DNA of 54,034 nt from a virus. Lineage: Duplodnaviria; Caudoviricetes. The translations under genes and the position numbers were made by a program. This document shows positions 36,320 to 45,028 of the stretch, piece by piece (positions within the stretch are counted from its first letter, which is position 1; the number at the start of each line of letters is the position of its first letter). Where the stretch lies: positions 1 to 54,034 of the IMG/VR virus record IMGVR_UViG_3300025387_000022; one strand, written 5' to 3'. The notes under the pieces were generated by a model. The model saw only the letters and a list, made by a program, of their open reading frames with translations, was not told the DNA's origin and searched no databases.

Positions 36320-38365
36320 TTATAGGGTCGGAAACCAACCATCTTTTAGCCTCAAAAACTCCGTCTGCCGCACGTTAAGATTCAGTGCTTTTCTGCGCTC
36401 TGGATCGTCAATTCTATACCGAATCACAACTCCATCGGAAACGACGGATTCAAGAGCAGCAGTCAGATATTTCTCACTCATATGGACTTGCTCACTGAGC
36501 TGGCGTCTTGTAATTGGCGCACCATTTGACGTAAGACGGTATAAAGCGTCTGTAATCTGTTTTACGTCTGATTGCTCACGTTTGTCTTCACTGATTTCTT
36601 TTCTTTCTTCTAGATTGGATTCCAGCAATCTAACAGAGTAATATGGACTTTCATCAATCACGTCTCCATATCGGTTCTTTGATTTTGTTTTGTGGTAGTC
36701 AAGAACAGCTCTGACCTCTTGTATTGTTTCACTGAATCGCTTCTTTTTGGTCGCTAGTATTCTGCCTTCAACATTTTCGTCTTCGAAGATAAACGCAGTT
36801 CCAGTTGCGTTGCCTCCCCATGCACTTGCGCCACGTGCTGATAAGTCTTCTATTGCTGACGTCCTTGATAATGCTTTGCTTGTGTGTCCGCTGATCCACG
36901 CAGGGATAAAGTCACGATACCAAAACTCATTATTAATCACAGACATGAGTCTTGCAGCTTCAGAGTTATCATTTTCATTCTCTAACACAAACGTCGCTGA
37001 AGCAGTATCAAACACAACCAGCGGAGGAATCTGCCGTCCATTGACTGTTACAATGTATTGCTTAGCAAACTCCGCAGCAAACTGTATCTCTTTGTCCGTC
37101 ATGCGGAACGCAGGCACAACATGCAACCAGTAATCCCATTCGTCTTTGCCCTTGCTGGAATGATGGGTGCGCATACCGTAACATATCCTGTCTGCTTGTG
37201 AGTGGTCTTCCGTTATGTAAATTACACGACGTCTGTGCTTAATCTTCAAGAACGTATCATTCGTTAAACCTGCAACTTGCAAAGCAAGAGGCAGAAGAAT
37301 TGAGGACTTCCCCTTCCCTTCTGCCCCTGCGATAAATGTTATTCCCTCGCCAATGAACCCATCAATCACCCAGTCAGGTTCAGGCAAGTAATCATAACTC
37401 AGCTGGACTGGTTTAAACCTCTCTAGGAATTCAACTTTGCGCTTGTCTTTGTCTAGGTCATTCAGTATGTTTTCGCTTATTGTTGTGCGTTCATACTCTG
37501 AGTTCTTACTCGCTAGGTAATACAAAGTTCCTAACCCAATTTCACCCCTTGTGTTGGTGTGGATGTCGTTCCATTGATCTTCTAATTCTTTTTCATTCGC
37601 TACGGAATGTTTAATACCTGCGCTACGCTTGCTCCACTCGCTAAACAACTGATACCCAGTTTCAACACGAGCAAGAGAGAAGCAAACTTCAATCCAAGTA
37701 TCACGAGGACAATCAGGGTCAATAAACTTCAGCGCACGCTCGATGTCTAAAAGTTGCTCTGGGCTTAAGATCAGCGTACCAGCGCCCATTGCGCTTGAAA
37801 CTTCGTTCACGTTAAGTTCTGGGTCAAAATGCTTCTTAATAAACGGTACAAGGTCAACAATGTCTCCAGCACGTATGATGCGCTCAGTTACGGTGAAGAA
37901 CTTAGCTCGGCTGTAATATTCCCAACCATGCTCTTTGCTCAAGTTCTTGTTCTTAAAGTATGAACCGTAACCAAGAGCGTGCACACCTTTGCCTGATGGG
38001 CTCAGCTCAACATAACTCGGCAGGGATTCCGCAATTTCATTGTTACCGTTTGCGGTGACTTTGTCTAGGTCAATACCTTGCCAAAATCCGTCACCGTCTT
38101 TGCCCAGCGCAAACCCTAAGCCTGTGTATTCACCTAATTTAATCGCTTGCTTCGCTTCCGCATACGTAGCCAGACGAGCAAGGTCTTCAGGGGTATCAAG
38201 AGTACCCCGCCTGCGCTTACCGCTTGTGTAATATGGAACCTTTAAAGTTCGGTCAGAATTATTTTCATCTTTTTCAAGTCTCCACAGCAACCATCGTTTT
38301 GCTTCTCTAAGTTGCAGAGGGATAGAGGGCACTTCACCCTTATCAACTAATTTTATTTCAGTCAT
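36320..38365 (-). CDS. Primase-polymerase / PriCT / RecA-like (AAA_25-type) helicase fusion
   Basis: KVPY, GLGFAL, GIDLD, YVELSPSGKGVH, FFTVT; RDTWIEV..WS; Walker A AGAEGKGKS, VVFDT, ENDNSE, RGASAW. Confidence 0.88.
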   Translation of the reverse strand: MTEIKLVDKGEVPSIPLQLREAKRWLLWRLEKDENNSDRTLKVPYYTSGKRRRGTLDTPEDLARLATYAEAKQAIKLGEYTGLGFALGKDGDGFWQGIDLDKVTANGNNEIAESLPSYVELSPSGKGVHALGYGSYFKNKNLSKEHGWEYYSRAKFFTVTERIIRAGDIVDLVPFIKKHFDPELNVNEVSSAMGAGTLILSPEQLLDIERALKFIDPDCPRDTWIEVCFSLARVETGYQLFSEWSKRSAGIKHSVANEKELEDQWNDIHTNTRGEIGLGTLYYLASKNSEYERTTISENILNDLDKDKRKVEFLERFKPVQLSYDYLPEPDWVIDGFIGEGITFIAGAEGKGKSSILLPLALQVAGLTNDTFLKIKHRRRVIYITEDHSQADRICYGMRTHHSSKGKDEWDYWLHVVPAFRMTDKEIQFAAEFAKQYIVTVNGRQIPPLVVFDTASATFVLENENDNSEAARLMSVINNEFWYRDFIPAWISGHTSKALSRTSAIEDLSARGASAWGGNATGTAFIFEDENVEGRILATKKKRFSETIQEVRAVLDYHKTKSKNRYGDVIDESPYYSVRLLESNLEERKEISEDKREQSDVKQITDALYRLTSNGAPITRRQLSEQVHMSEKYLTAALESVVSDGVVIRYRIDDPERRKALNLNVRQTEFLRLKDGWFPTL

Positions 38366-38392
38366 TATTATTTTCCACCATTGTTGAACAAA

Positions 38393-38493
38393 TGAATTCC
38401 CTTAGGTGTCCCTATCCTATTATTGATTGCATGGTCAATGATGGTTTCGCCTTTGTGGGGCTAGGGATAGATAGGGACAACTAAAGGAATTCA
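38393..38493 (-). ncRNA. Structured 5' leader RNA of the primase-helicase gene (candidate cis-regulatory element)
   Basis: ~24-bp closing stem TGAATTCCTTTAGTTGTCCCTATC / GATAGGGACACCTAAGGGAATTCA enclosing smaller hairpins. Confidence 0.55.
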
Positions 38494-38507
38494 AACCATG
38501 CTTTTTT

Positions 38508-38537
38508 ATTTTGCCTTAAATATTTTTAAAAAACAAC
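38508..38537 (-). promoter_or_regulatory. Class-2 promoter-like motif (copy 1) upstream of primase-helicase
   Basis: GTTGTTTTTTAAAAATATTTAAGGCAAAAT, 26/30 identical to 40592-40621. Confidence 0.65.
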
Positions 38538-38556
38538 AAATATTTTAAAAAAGGTG

Positions 38557-38585
38557 TTTACTTCTGCGGAACAATGGTTTAAAGT
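38557..38585 (+). promoter_or_regulatory. Class-1 early sigma70 promoter
   Basis: TTTACT-17-TAAAGT with TGGTT just before the -10. Confidence 0.7.
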
Positions 38586-38629
38586 ATAACTTCGCTTCAC
38601 TTTTAATAACGTAAATAAAGGAAATAATC

Positions 38630-38872
38630 ATGCTGAACCTACCCATTAAAGTCGAATCATATATCACCGCAGACGACAATGCATACATTTATCATCTGCA
38701 AGATGGAAAAGAAATAGTCGTTTGGAATAAAAGCAAACAAGAATACGTATATCTGGCTGACGGCAAGCTAGCTACTCCCGCCGATACAAAACGTATCGTC
38801 TGGAAGATGTTCCGTGATATTACAGAACACAAGAATTACGAAATTGATTTGCGCATTGAGCAATGCGATTAA
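38630..38872 (+). CDS. Early hypothetical protein
   Basis: Own promoter and AATAAAGGAAATAA RBS. Confidence 0.7.
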   Translation: MLNLPIKVESYITADDNAYIYHLQDGKEIVVWNKSKQEYVYLADGKLATPADTKRIVWKMFRDITEHKNYEIDLRIEQCD

Positions 38873-38881
38873 AATATTTCT

Positions 38882-38919
38882 GTAAACTGGTTTACTTTTA
38901 CAGTAAACTGGTTTATAGT
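38882..38919 (+). promoter_or_regulatory. Class-1 early sigma70 promoter
   Basis: TTTACT-17-TATAGT with GTAAACTGGTTTA twice, 21 bp apart. Confidence 0.85.
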
Positions 38920-38963
38920 TTAATCAGTAGTACTCAATAACCACTTAATAAAGGAAATAAATT

Positions 38964-39260
38964 ATGCAAGTTCTTGATATTCAACTCCAGAAGTTAGACG
39001 AAATCGGTTTACTCAGCGACAAAATTGCCGCAGACAAAGAGCAACTCGACGCTATGAAAGACGTATTCAAAAACGCAGGTGAAGGTAAATACGAAGGTAG
39101 CTTGTATTGCGGTACTGTATATTTGTCTGCACGTGATAGCGTTGACTATAACGCAATCTTGACTGAAATGGGGGTTGTAATTCCAAAAGAGTTACTAGCT
39201 AAACACAAGAAGCAGTCGGTCTCCATCAACATGAAGATTTCCCGTCGTAAAGGTAAGTAA
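38964..39260 (+). CDS. Early hypothetical protein
   Basis: 98 aa; own promoter and RBS. Confidence 0.75.
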   Translation: MQVLDIQLQKLDEIGLLSDKIAADKEQLDAMKDVFKNAGEGKYEGSLYCGTVYLSARDSVDYNAILTEMGVVIPKELLAKHKKQSVSINMKISRRKGK

Positions 39261-39264
39261 GCAA

Positions 39265-39306
39265 AAAAGTCAGGGGTTATGAAAATAATCCTTGACTTTT
39301 GTTTTT
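39265..39306 (+). terminator. Terminator hairpin overlapping the -35 of the next promoter
   Basis: AAAAGTCAGGGGTTAT-GAAA-ATAATCCTTGACTTTT then GTTTTT. Confidence 0.75.
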
Positions 39307-39320
39307 AACTGGTTTATAGT
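39292..39320 (+). promoter_or_regulatory. Class-1 early sigma70 promoter
   Basis: TTGACT-17-TATAGT with AACTGGTT box. Confidence 0.88.
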
Positions 39321-39363
39321 TTAATCAGCAGTTCAAATTAATCAATTAATAAAGGAAATAATT

Positions 39364-39663
39364 ATGAAGTTTATCAAAAACGCAAACATAAACGGCACAT
39401 GCCTTCAAGGTTACGTTAAAACAACGTATCATCACTTAGTTTCTGCTTTCGGTCAGCCTGAGTTTGGACCCAATGATCACACAGGTGATAAAGTTACTTG
39501 TGAATGGTGCTTACGTTTTGAAGACGGAACCGTCGCAACAATCTACGAATGGAAAAACGGTTACACACCGATGGGGATGGAAGAATGGCACATTGGTGGT
39601 AACAGTTATGATGCAGTGGAAAGAGTTTTAGAAGTTTTAGAGAGAGGATATCAACATGCGTAA
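39364..39663 (+). CDS. Early conserved phage protein
   Basis: GTCLQGY..TY..LV..FG.P...KVTCEW...ATIYEWK...WHIGG pattern common in phage early regions. Confidence 0.75.
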   Translation: MKFIKNANINGTCLQGYVKTTYHHLVSAFGQPEFGPNDHTGDKVTCEWCLRFEDGTVATIYEWKNGYTPMGMEEWHIGGNSYDAVERVLEVLERGYQHA

Positions 39664-39787
39664 GTTTATCACCAAGAATTATTTTCCATATTTCTTACTC
39701 GCTGATATTGCTTTATATTCAGCTTGTGCATATGTTGGTTACAATTATGCAAAAGAAATCCTTGACTTTTTTATCAAACTGGTTTAA
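39656..39787 (+). CDS. Small membrane peptide (43 aa)
   Basis: Manually translated MRKFITKNYFPYFLLADIALYSACAYVGYNYAKEILDFFIKLV; GAGGA RBS; runs through the next promoter. Confidence 0.45.
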   Translation: MRKFITKNYFPYFLLADIALYSACAYVGYNYAKEILDFFIKLV

Positions 39788-39790
39788 AGT
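39762..39790 (+). promoter_or_regulatory. Class-1 early sigma70 promoter
   Basis: TTGACT-17-TAAAGT with AAACTGGTT box. Confidence 0.85.
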
Positions 39791-39832
39791 TTAATCAGTA
39801 GTTCAAATCAACCCATTAATAAAGGAAATAAC

Positions 39833-40573
39833 ATGACTGAAGTTTTAACATTCCCAGAAGCAGTATCCTCAGCAGTAAAATACGAACAGTTGTCTGAAAA
39901 GTATCAGCTCATCGATACAAAAGACATCGTAAACACTATGCGTGATAATGGTTTTCTTGTTACTCAAACATTCAACCTCAAGCCACGCAAACGTGACCCA
40001 CGTGTTGTAAAGCATTTGCTCCGTATGCGCCATCGTTCATTGATGGATTCTGTAAATGGTTCTATTCCAGAAATCGTTGTAATCAACTCTCATGATGGTT
40101 CAACAACTCTGCGTATGGAGTGCGGTGTTTACAGAATGATTTGCGCAAATGGTCTTATTGTTAAGTCTTCAACCGCACATTCAGCACGCATTCGCCACGT
40201 CAACGTAACACCAGAGATTGTTATTGCTGAATCTATGAAAGTGATTGAGTCTGCTCGTGAGTCAGCAAGACGCACAGAGTTGTTTATGAATAAAATCATT
40301 TCGCCAATTGACCAAAAACAATTTGCGCAACGTGCAATTGATATGCGTGGGATGAATGTTGACATTGAGCAAGTGTTGCGCCCACGTCGTAGTGAAGATG
40401 TCGGTAATGACCTCTGGAGAGTATTTAACCGTATTCAAGAAAACATTATGAAGGGTGGTCTTGAAGGTGTGTCTGCTGAAGGTCGTAAGATCCGTACGCA
40501 GGGTTTAAAGAGTATGGGTCCAGTCTTCCGCACCAACGTAAACCTTTGGGCAATGGCTGAAGAGTATTTGTAA
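39833..40573 (+). CDS. DUF932/DUF945-family protein
   Basis: INSHDGS...GVYRMICANGL...IRH...DLWRVFNRIQE...NVNLW. Confidence 0.85.
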   Translation: MTEVLTFPEAVSSAVKYEQLSEKYQLIDTKDIVNTMRDNGFLVTQTFNLKPRKRDPRVVKHLLRMRHRSLMDSVNGSIPEIVVINSHDGSTTLRMECGVYRMICANGLIVKSSTAHSARIRHVNVTPEIVIAESMKVIESARESARRTELFMNKIISPIDQKQFAQRAIDMRGMNVDIEQVLRPRRSEDVGNDLWRVFNRIQENIMKGGLEGVSAEGRKIRTQGLKSMGPVFRTNVNLWAMAEEYL

Positions 40574-40591
40574 AAATATTTGCCTGAGGTG

Positions 40592-40621
40592 GTTGTTTTT
40601 TAAAATTACTTCAGGCAAACT
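40592..40621 (+). promoter_or_regulatory. Class-2 promoter-like motif (copy 2) upstream of the DNA modification/replication operon
   Basis: GTTGTTTTTTAAAATTACTTCAGGCAAACT; overlaps an inverted repeat TTTGCCTGA...TCAGGCAAA. Confidence 0.65.
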
Positions 40622-40654
40622 TTAATTTCAATAATTTAATAAAGGAAATAACGT

Positions 40655-41194
40655 ATGAATGTATTTTTTCTCCATCGTAGTGCAATTATCGCTGCTCAGT
40701 CTCATGCTGATATTCACGTCGGCAAAATGTTACTTGAAGCGTGCCAACTCTTATCTACCGCACACCACGAGCACGGCAACGGTGATAAGGTGACTTACTT
40801 ACCTACTCATAAAAATCATCCCTGCGCAGTTTGGGTTCGTTCCTCCAAGACGCATTACATGTATGTTGCTGAGCTTGCTAAGAACCTCGCTCAAGAGTAC
40901 CGCAATCGTTTCCGTAAAACACATGCGAGTCAACATATCCTTGATACCGAATTAATGTTGCCTCCTCCTGAGTTAAAAACAATGAGATGGGTTGATCCTC
41001 CGCAATGTATGCCTGATGAGTTTAAATCTGATGACGTTGTTGACGCTTATCAAAAGTATTACGCAAGCAAGTCCACTAGTATGAAAATGGTTTGGACTGG
41101 TTCTGAAGATTATGCTCCGTGGTGGTTTTTAATTAACCGCAACAGTTTTTTACACTCGAAAGGTTTATATGTTAAAGAAGTTCAAACGCAATAA
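40655..41194 (+). CDS. Pyrimidine dimer DNA glycosylase-like protein (DenV/Pyr_excise family)
   Basis: MNVFFL..A....D.HVGKMLLEACQLLS..THKNHPCAVW..EY..RF.K.H..PPQCMPD..AYQKYY. Confidence 0.8.
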   Translation: MNVFFLHRSAIIAAQSHADIHVGKMLLEACQLLSTAHHEHGNGDKVTYLPTHKNHPCAVWVRSSKTHYMYVAELAKNLAQEYRNRFRKTHASQHILDTELMLPPPELKTMRWVDPPQCMPDEFKSDDVVDAYQKYYASKSTSMKMVWTGSEDYAPWWFLINRNSFLHSKGLYVKEVQTQ

Positions 41195-41302
41195 CCCTTA
41201 CATTGATGTGCCTAAGACGAGTGAAATTTTGTCTTGGGTAATTTTATTTATATTTTTAATCTGGCTTGCGTTTTGGGGCTTTAATTTTATAGCGAGGAAT
41301 CT

Positions 41303-41623
41303 ATGACTTATACGGAAGACGGCGTCAACATTTTTAATACAAAACCCGTTACAGATATTGAATCTGTTATTCAGCCACGAGTAAACGAAATAATTGATCA
41401 ATGGCAAGTTTACACATGGGACAATTTAATCGACGCATTAAAAAATGTTGTTGTAACTAAGAGATTCAAAGAGGAGTTTAACGAGACTTTTTTAAAAGAC
41501 GGAGATAAAATAACGTCATTCTTACAAGTTTTAACATACGAGCATCAAGAGAAGCTTGCGACCATACAAGCTGTTAATGAATATACTTCTTTATTTGCGG
41601 GGCAATTTGATGATAGATTATAG
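41303..41623 (+). CDS. Hypothetical protein
   Basis: 106-aa ORF with GAGGA RBS. Confidence 0.6.
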   Translation: MTYTEDGVNIFNTKPVTDIESVIQPRVNEIIDQWQVYTWDNLIDALKNVVVTKRFKEEFNETFLKDGDKITSFLQVLTYEHQEKLATIQAVNEYTSLFAGQFDDRL

Positions 41624-42620
41624 ACGACCAGAAAACAGAAGGGAATATTTTAAGTCCCTTTACAATTTAAATCTTGTGTTTAAGGTTCATCCTGGTCTTG
41701 TTTATTTATACATGCCCGAACTTAAAAAGCATTACAGCTGGGATGACGAAACTGCCTTGTGGTTTGCGACATTGAATGGTCACACACAAAACCCAATCAC
41801 GTCTATGCGCTTACTTGAATTCATGCCTGCGATCCCGCAAAGTGACGTCGAATGGGTCATGGCGGAAAAGCGTTTCAATGAGCAATGGGATACGTTAAGC
41901 TACGATACTGATCGTAACAAACAAAAGAAAGATACTTTCAAAGGTTTAAAGTCTTATGCGGAGCTTGTAAAAGAAGCAGGTGATCAACGGGCATTATGGT
42001 CAAAAAAGAAAACCTATGAAGAACTCTGGGAAAAAGCATTCAGCATAAAACATTTTGGTCGGTTATCTGCGTTCTCGTACCTAGAGTACGTCAAAATTTT
42101 TGGTTATGGGGCTGACTGTTCAACTCTCATGTTCGAGGACTTTGATGGGTCTCGTTCGCATCGCAACGGTATGTTCTTTTTGTTGGGTGCTGATCGGTTT
42201 GTTTATGACAAGCGACAGCCAGATTCACATGACGGAAAGTATATTGATTTAAAAGCAACAGGTGAAGCATTAGAATTAGAAGCAGCAAGTTTTTTAAAAG
42301 AGTTTCAAGATGAATATGGTTATCACCCGCATATCAGCAAGTTTACTCTTGAATCATGTTTGTGTCAATTTAAGAATGGTTTCTTTTCAAGACGTTATCC
42401 AGGAGTATATGCCGACATGGCGTGGAAGCGTATTGAATGGTATGATAAGCGGGGCTTCGCAAAACTCACCTCTGTTTTTAAAGAGATACGCAGGAAAAAC
42501 TTACCTGAATGGTTACGTGAAGAATGCGAGAAAGAGCGCATGCCTGAAGCAGAAAAGGCAAGTATGTTTGCTGAGACAGGCAGACCATTTAGAGCAAATT
42601 GGATTCTGGAAAAAATATGA
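41610..42620 (+). CDS. Amino acid:DNA transferase (aGPT-Pplase2/AADT-like, HhH fold)
   Basis: Start MIDYRRPENR at 41610; YDTDR, HFGRLSAFSYLE, GSRSHRNG, LESCLCQFK, RRYPGVY; adjacent to kinase and TS homologue. Confidence 0.75.
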   Translation: MIDYRRPENRREYFKSLYNLNLVFKVHPGLVYLYMPELKKHYSWDDETALWFATLNGHTQNPITSMRLLEFMPAIPQSDVEWVMAEKRFNEQWDTLSYDTDRNKQKKDTFKGLKSYAELVKEAGDQRALWSKKKTYEELWEKAFSIKHFGRLSAFSYLEYVKIFGYGADCSTLMFEDFDGSRSHRNGMFFLLGADRFVYDKRQPDSHDGKYIDLKATGEALELEAASFLKEFQDEYGYHPHISKFTLESCLCQFKNGFFSRRYPGVYADMAWKRIEWYDKRGFAKLTSVFKEIRRKNLPEWLREECEKERMPEAEKASMFAETGRPFRANWILEKI

Positions 42621-43198
42621 ACATAATCTTAAGTTTACGAGGAACAAGTGGTTCAGGCAAGACGACCATCGCACGCACATTTATAGATAAGTACCCGCAT
42701 AACCCAATCGTCAGTGCGGGTAAAAAGATTTGGGGATATGAAATAAACTTGTCTTCAGAAAAGATATCATCTCCTCTTTATGTTATCGGCTCTTATGAAA
42801 CAACGTGCGGTGGTTGCGACGGGATTAATACGCAAAAAGAAATTGCTGATAGAGCTCTTGAAGCTCGTGGTTACGGAGGTCATGTGTTAATTGAAGGGCT
42901 TTTACTTGCGCACGCAGGACCAAAGGCAATCACAACAACCATGCTCAAAGAAACCAATGCATATGTTCTTGGTTATATTGATACCCCTCTGGACGTTTGC
43001 CTTGACCGTGTTCAAAAGAGAAGAATCGCACGTGGTGATTTGCGCCCATTCAACCCTGATAACACAATCAGCAAACACAGTGGAGCGCACCGCACATGTA
43101 TCAATATGCACAACATTGGTATCCCTGTGCGCACGATAGATCATACTGACGCATTCAATAAAACTTTGGAGATCTTTCGTGACTACGACGCAATGTGA
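42617..43198 (+). CDS. P-loop kinase (candidate 5-hmdU DNA/nucleotide kinase)
   Basis: LRGTSGSGKTT, GSYETTCGGCD, LIEG, DTPLDVCLDRV..RR; ATGA-coupled to the AADT gene. Confidence 0.8.
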   Translation: MNIILSLRGTSGSGKTTIARTFIDKYPHNPIVSAGKKIWGYEINLSSEKISSPLYVIGSYETTCGGCDGINTQKEIADRALEARGYGGHVLIEGLLLAHAGPKAITTTMLKETNAYVLGYIDTPLDVCLDRVQKRRIARGDLRPFNPDNTISKHSGAHRTCINMHNIGIPVRTIDHTDAFNKTLEIFRDYDAM

Positions 43199-44045
43199 TT
43201 ATTCAGATTTAATACAGTTCGTGATTGACAGGGAAATACTGCGTATAACAAAAGAATTGGGAGTCCCCATGACTCACGATCCAATTTTACAAAAATATAG
43301 ATTTTGCAATATTCGGAGACGTGATGATCGAGTTTCAAAATGGCTATTACAGTTTTACTATACGAATAATATTGGTGATGTTTGGTTTAAAGCACTTATT
43401 GCTCGTATATTTAATTGGCCACCCACTCTTGAATATTTAATGAAAAATGACTTAATCCCGCATCGGGTTGAGGAGTTAGAAATTGAGCGTATGATCGATT
43501 ACTTGCAAATACTTGAAGCAAGAAAAATTAAAATTTTTAATGCTGCGTATGTTGTTTACCCGACACACAAACGAGGTTCTAAATGCGAAAATATTGTAAA
43601 ATACATACTTGCACCGACAGTTGAAATAGCTGATAAAGTACGCAGTGGAATAGAATGGGATTTGATAGAACTAACCACAAAAGCGTTATCACAAGGCTAC
43701 GGGCTTTCAACATTTATGGCAGGGCAAGTCACAGCTGACCTAACTTATATAATGGGGGAGTTAAATCATGCGCACGATTTATTTACGTGGGCTCCAATGG
43801 GTCCAGGATCTTTAAAAGGTTTGAATAGATTACATAACAGACCAGCAGTTAAAAAGATATCTGAAGAACAGTTTTTAAAAGAGTTAATTGAAGCACGGCA
43901 GTGTATTTTAAAAGAAGCAGTGAAGTATGAGGATTTAACCTTGCATGACATACAAAATATTTTTTGTGAGTTTAGCAAGTATATGAAAGTCAAAGATGGT
44001 TTAGGCACACCTAAACAAATTTACAAACCAACTAAGGAGTTTTAA
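43179..44045 (+). CDS. aGPT-Pplase1 / 5-hmdU DNA kinase helical-domain family protein
   Basis: DPILQKYRFCNIRRRDDRVS, RIFNWP, AY, GLSTFMAGQVTADL, GPGSLKGL, DIQNIFCEFSKY. Confidence 0.8.
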   Translation: MTTTQCDYSDLIQFVIDREILRITKELGVPMTHDPILQKYRFCNIRRRDDRVSKWLLQFYYTNNIGDVWFKALIARIFNWPPTLEYLMKNDLIPHRVEELEIERMIDYLQILEARKIKIFNAAYVVYPTHKRGSKCENIVKYILAPTVEIADKVRSGIEWDLIELTTKALSQGYGLSTFMAGQVTADLTYIMGELNHAHDLFTWAPMGPGSLKGLNRLHNRPAVKKISEEQFLKELIEARQCILKEAVKYEDLTLHDIQNIFCEFSKYMKVKDGLGTPKQIYKPTKEF

Positions 44046-45028
44046 TGGAAATTACCGCAGTAAATGTAAATCATTTGTTTCAAGAAACACTCTGGAAATT
44101 TAAAACTTCTGGGGTAGATACAAAGACACGCAATGGTGATGCAATTATGATTAATGAACCTGTTCTGACAACCGTCATAATACCAACAGAACGAGTTTTA
44201 TTTTCAAAGCAACGTGATTGCAATCCTATATTCCATTTAATGGAAAGTGTTTGGATACTTGCTGGTCGTCGTGATGTTGCTTTTCTTGATCAGTTTAATT
44301 CCCGCATGAAACAATATAGTGATGACGGTAAAATATTTAATGCGCCATACGGATATCGTATGCGTCATCAGTTCGAAATAGATCAGCTTGAAGCAGTGAT
44401 TATGCATTTAGAATTAAATCCTGAATCTCGTCAAGCAGTTATTCAGCTCTGGGATCCGCAGGATTTATTACGTGACACCCTAGACCGTGCTTGTAATACA
44501 CAAATGGTTTTTCAGGTTAAAAACGGCAGATTAGATTTAACAGTTTTCAATCGATCAAATGATTTCTGGTACGGTTACATTGGTGCTAACATTGTTCATT
44601 TCACAATGATTCAAGAGTTTGTTGCGATTGCTTTGGGTTTGCGTTGCGGGGTTTACAGAACAATCAGTACTAATCTGCACATTTATAAAGATTTGTATGA
44701 TGCGTCTAAGTATATTCAGTATCCTCCACCTTGCGAAGACTATGATTATTACAGCGCCAACTTAGTTAAGCCACGCAATCTTTATGAGGGTTCATGGAAA
44801 ACTTTCCTGAATGAATGCGAACTCTTTTGTAATGAACCAATGAACCCATTAAACATGAAATATGAACACAGCTTTTTCCCTGAGGTTGCAATACCGATGG
44901 CCAAGATAGGTTTCAAAAGAATGCACAAAATAAGCTCTGGCGTTGAACATTTGCCTGAAATAAAAGCACAAGATTGGCGCATGGCAGTTAAAGAATTTAT
45001 GAACAGGAGAGATGATGTCAGCAAATGA
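44045..45028 (+). CDS. Thymidylate synthase homologue, likely dUMP hydroxymethylase
   Basis: TRNG, NPIFHLME..W, YGYR, SRQAVI..WD, catalytic ACN, RSND....GAN (Asn implies uracil specificity), NLHIY; operon context. Confidence 0.82.
   Translation: MEITAVNVNHLFQETLWKFKTSGVDTKTRNGDAIMINEPVLTTVIIPTERVLFSKQRDCNPIFHLMESVWILAGRRDVAFLDQFNSRMKQYSDDGKIFNAPYGYRMRHQFEIDQLEAVIMHLELNPESRQAVIQLWDPQDLLRDTLDRACNTQMVFQVKNGRLDLTVFNRSNDFWYGYIGANIVHFTMIQEFVAIALGLRCGVYRTISTNLHIYKDLYDASKYIQYPPPCEDYDYYSANLVKPRNLYEGSWKTFLNECELFCNEPMNPLNMKYEHSFFPEVAIPMAKIGFKRMHKISSGVEHLPEIKAQDWRMAVKEFMNRRDDVSK

Noticed and set aside
43179-43198. Programmed frameshift fusing the kinase to the helical domain
   Set aside because: The downstream ORF has its own GGAG plus GTG start and no slippery site was seen; a simple overlap explains it
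44045-45028. dCMP hydroxymethylase or ordinary ThyA
   Set aside because: Asn (GAN) rather than Asp at the specificity position argues for a uracil substrate; divergence from ThyA and the kinase/aGPT neighbours argue against plain thymidylate synthase, though this is not excluded
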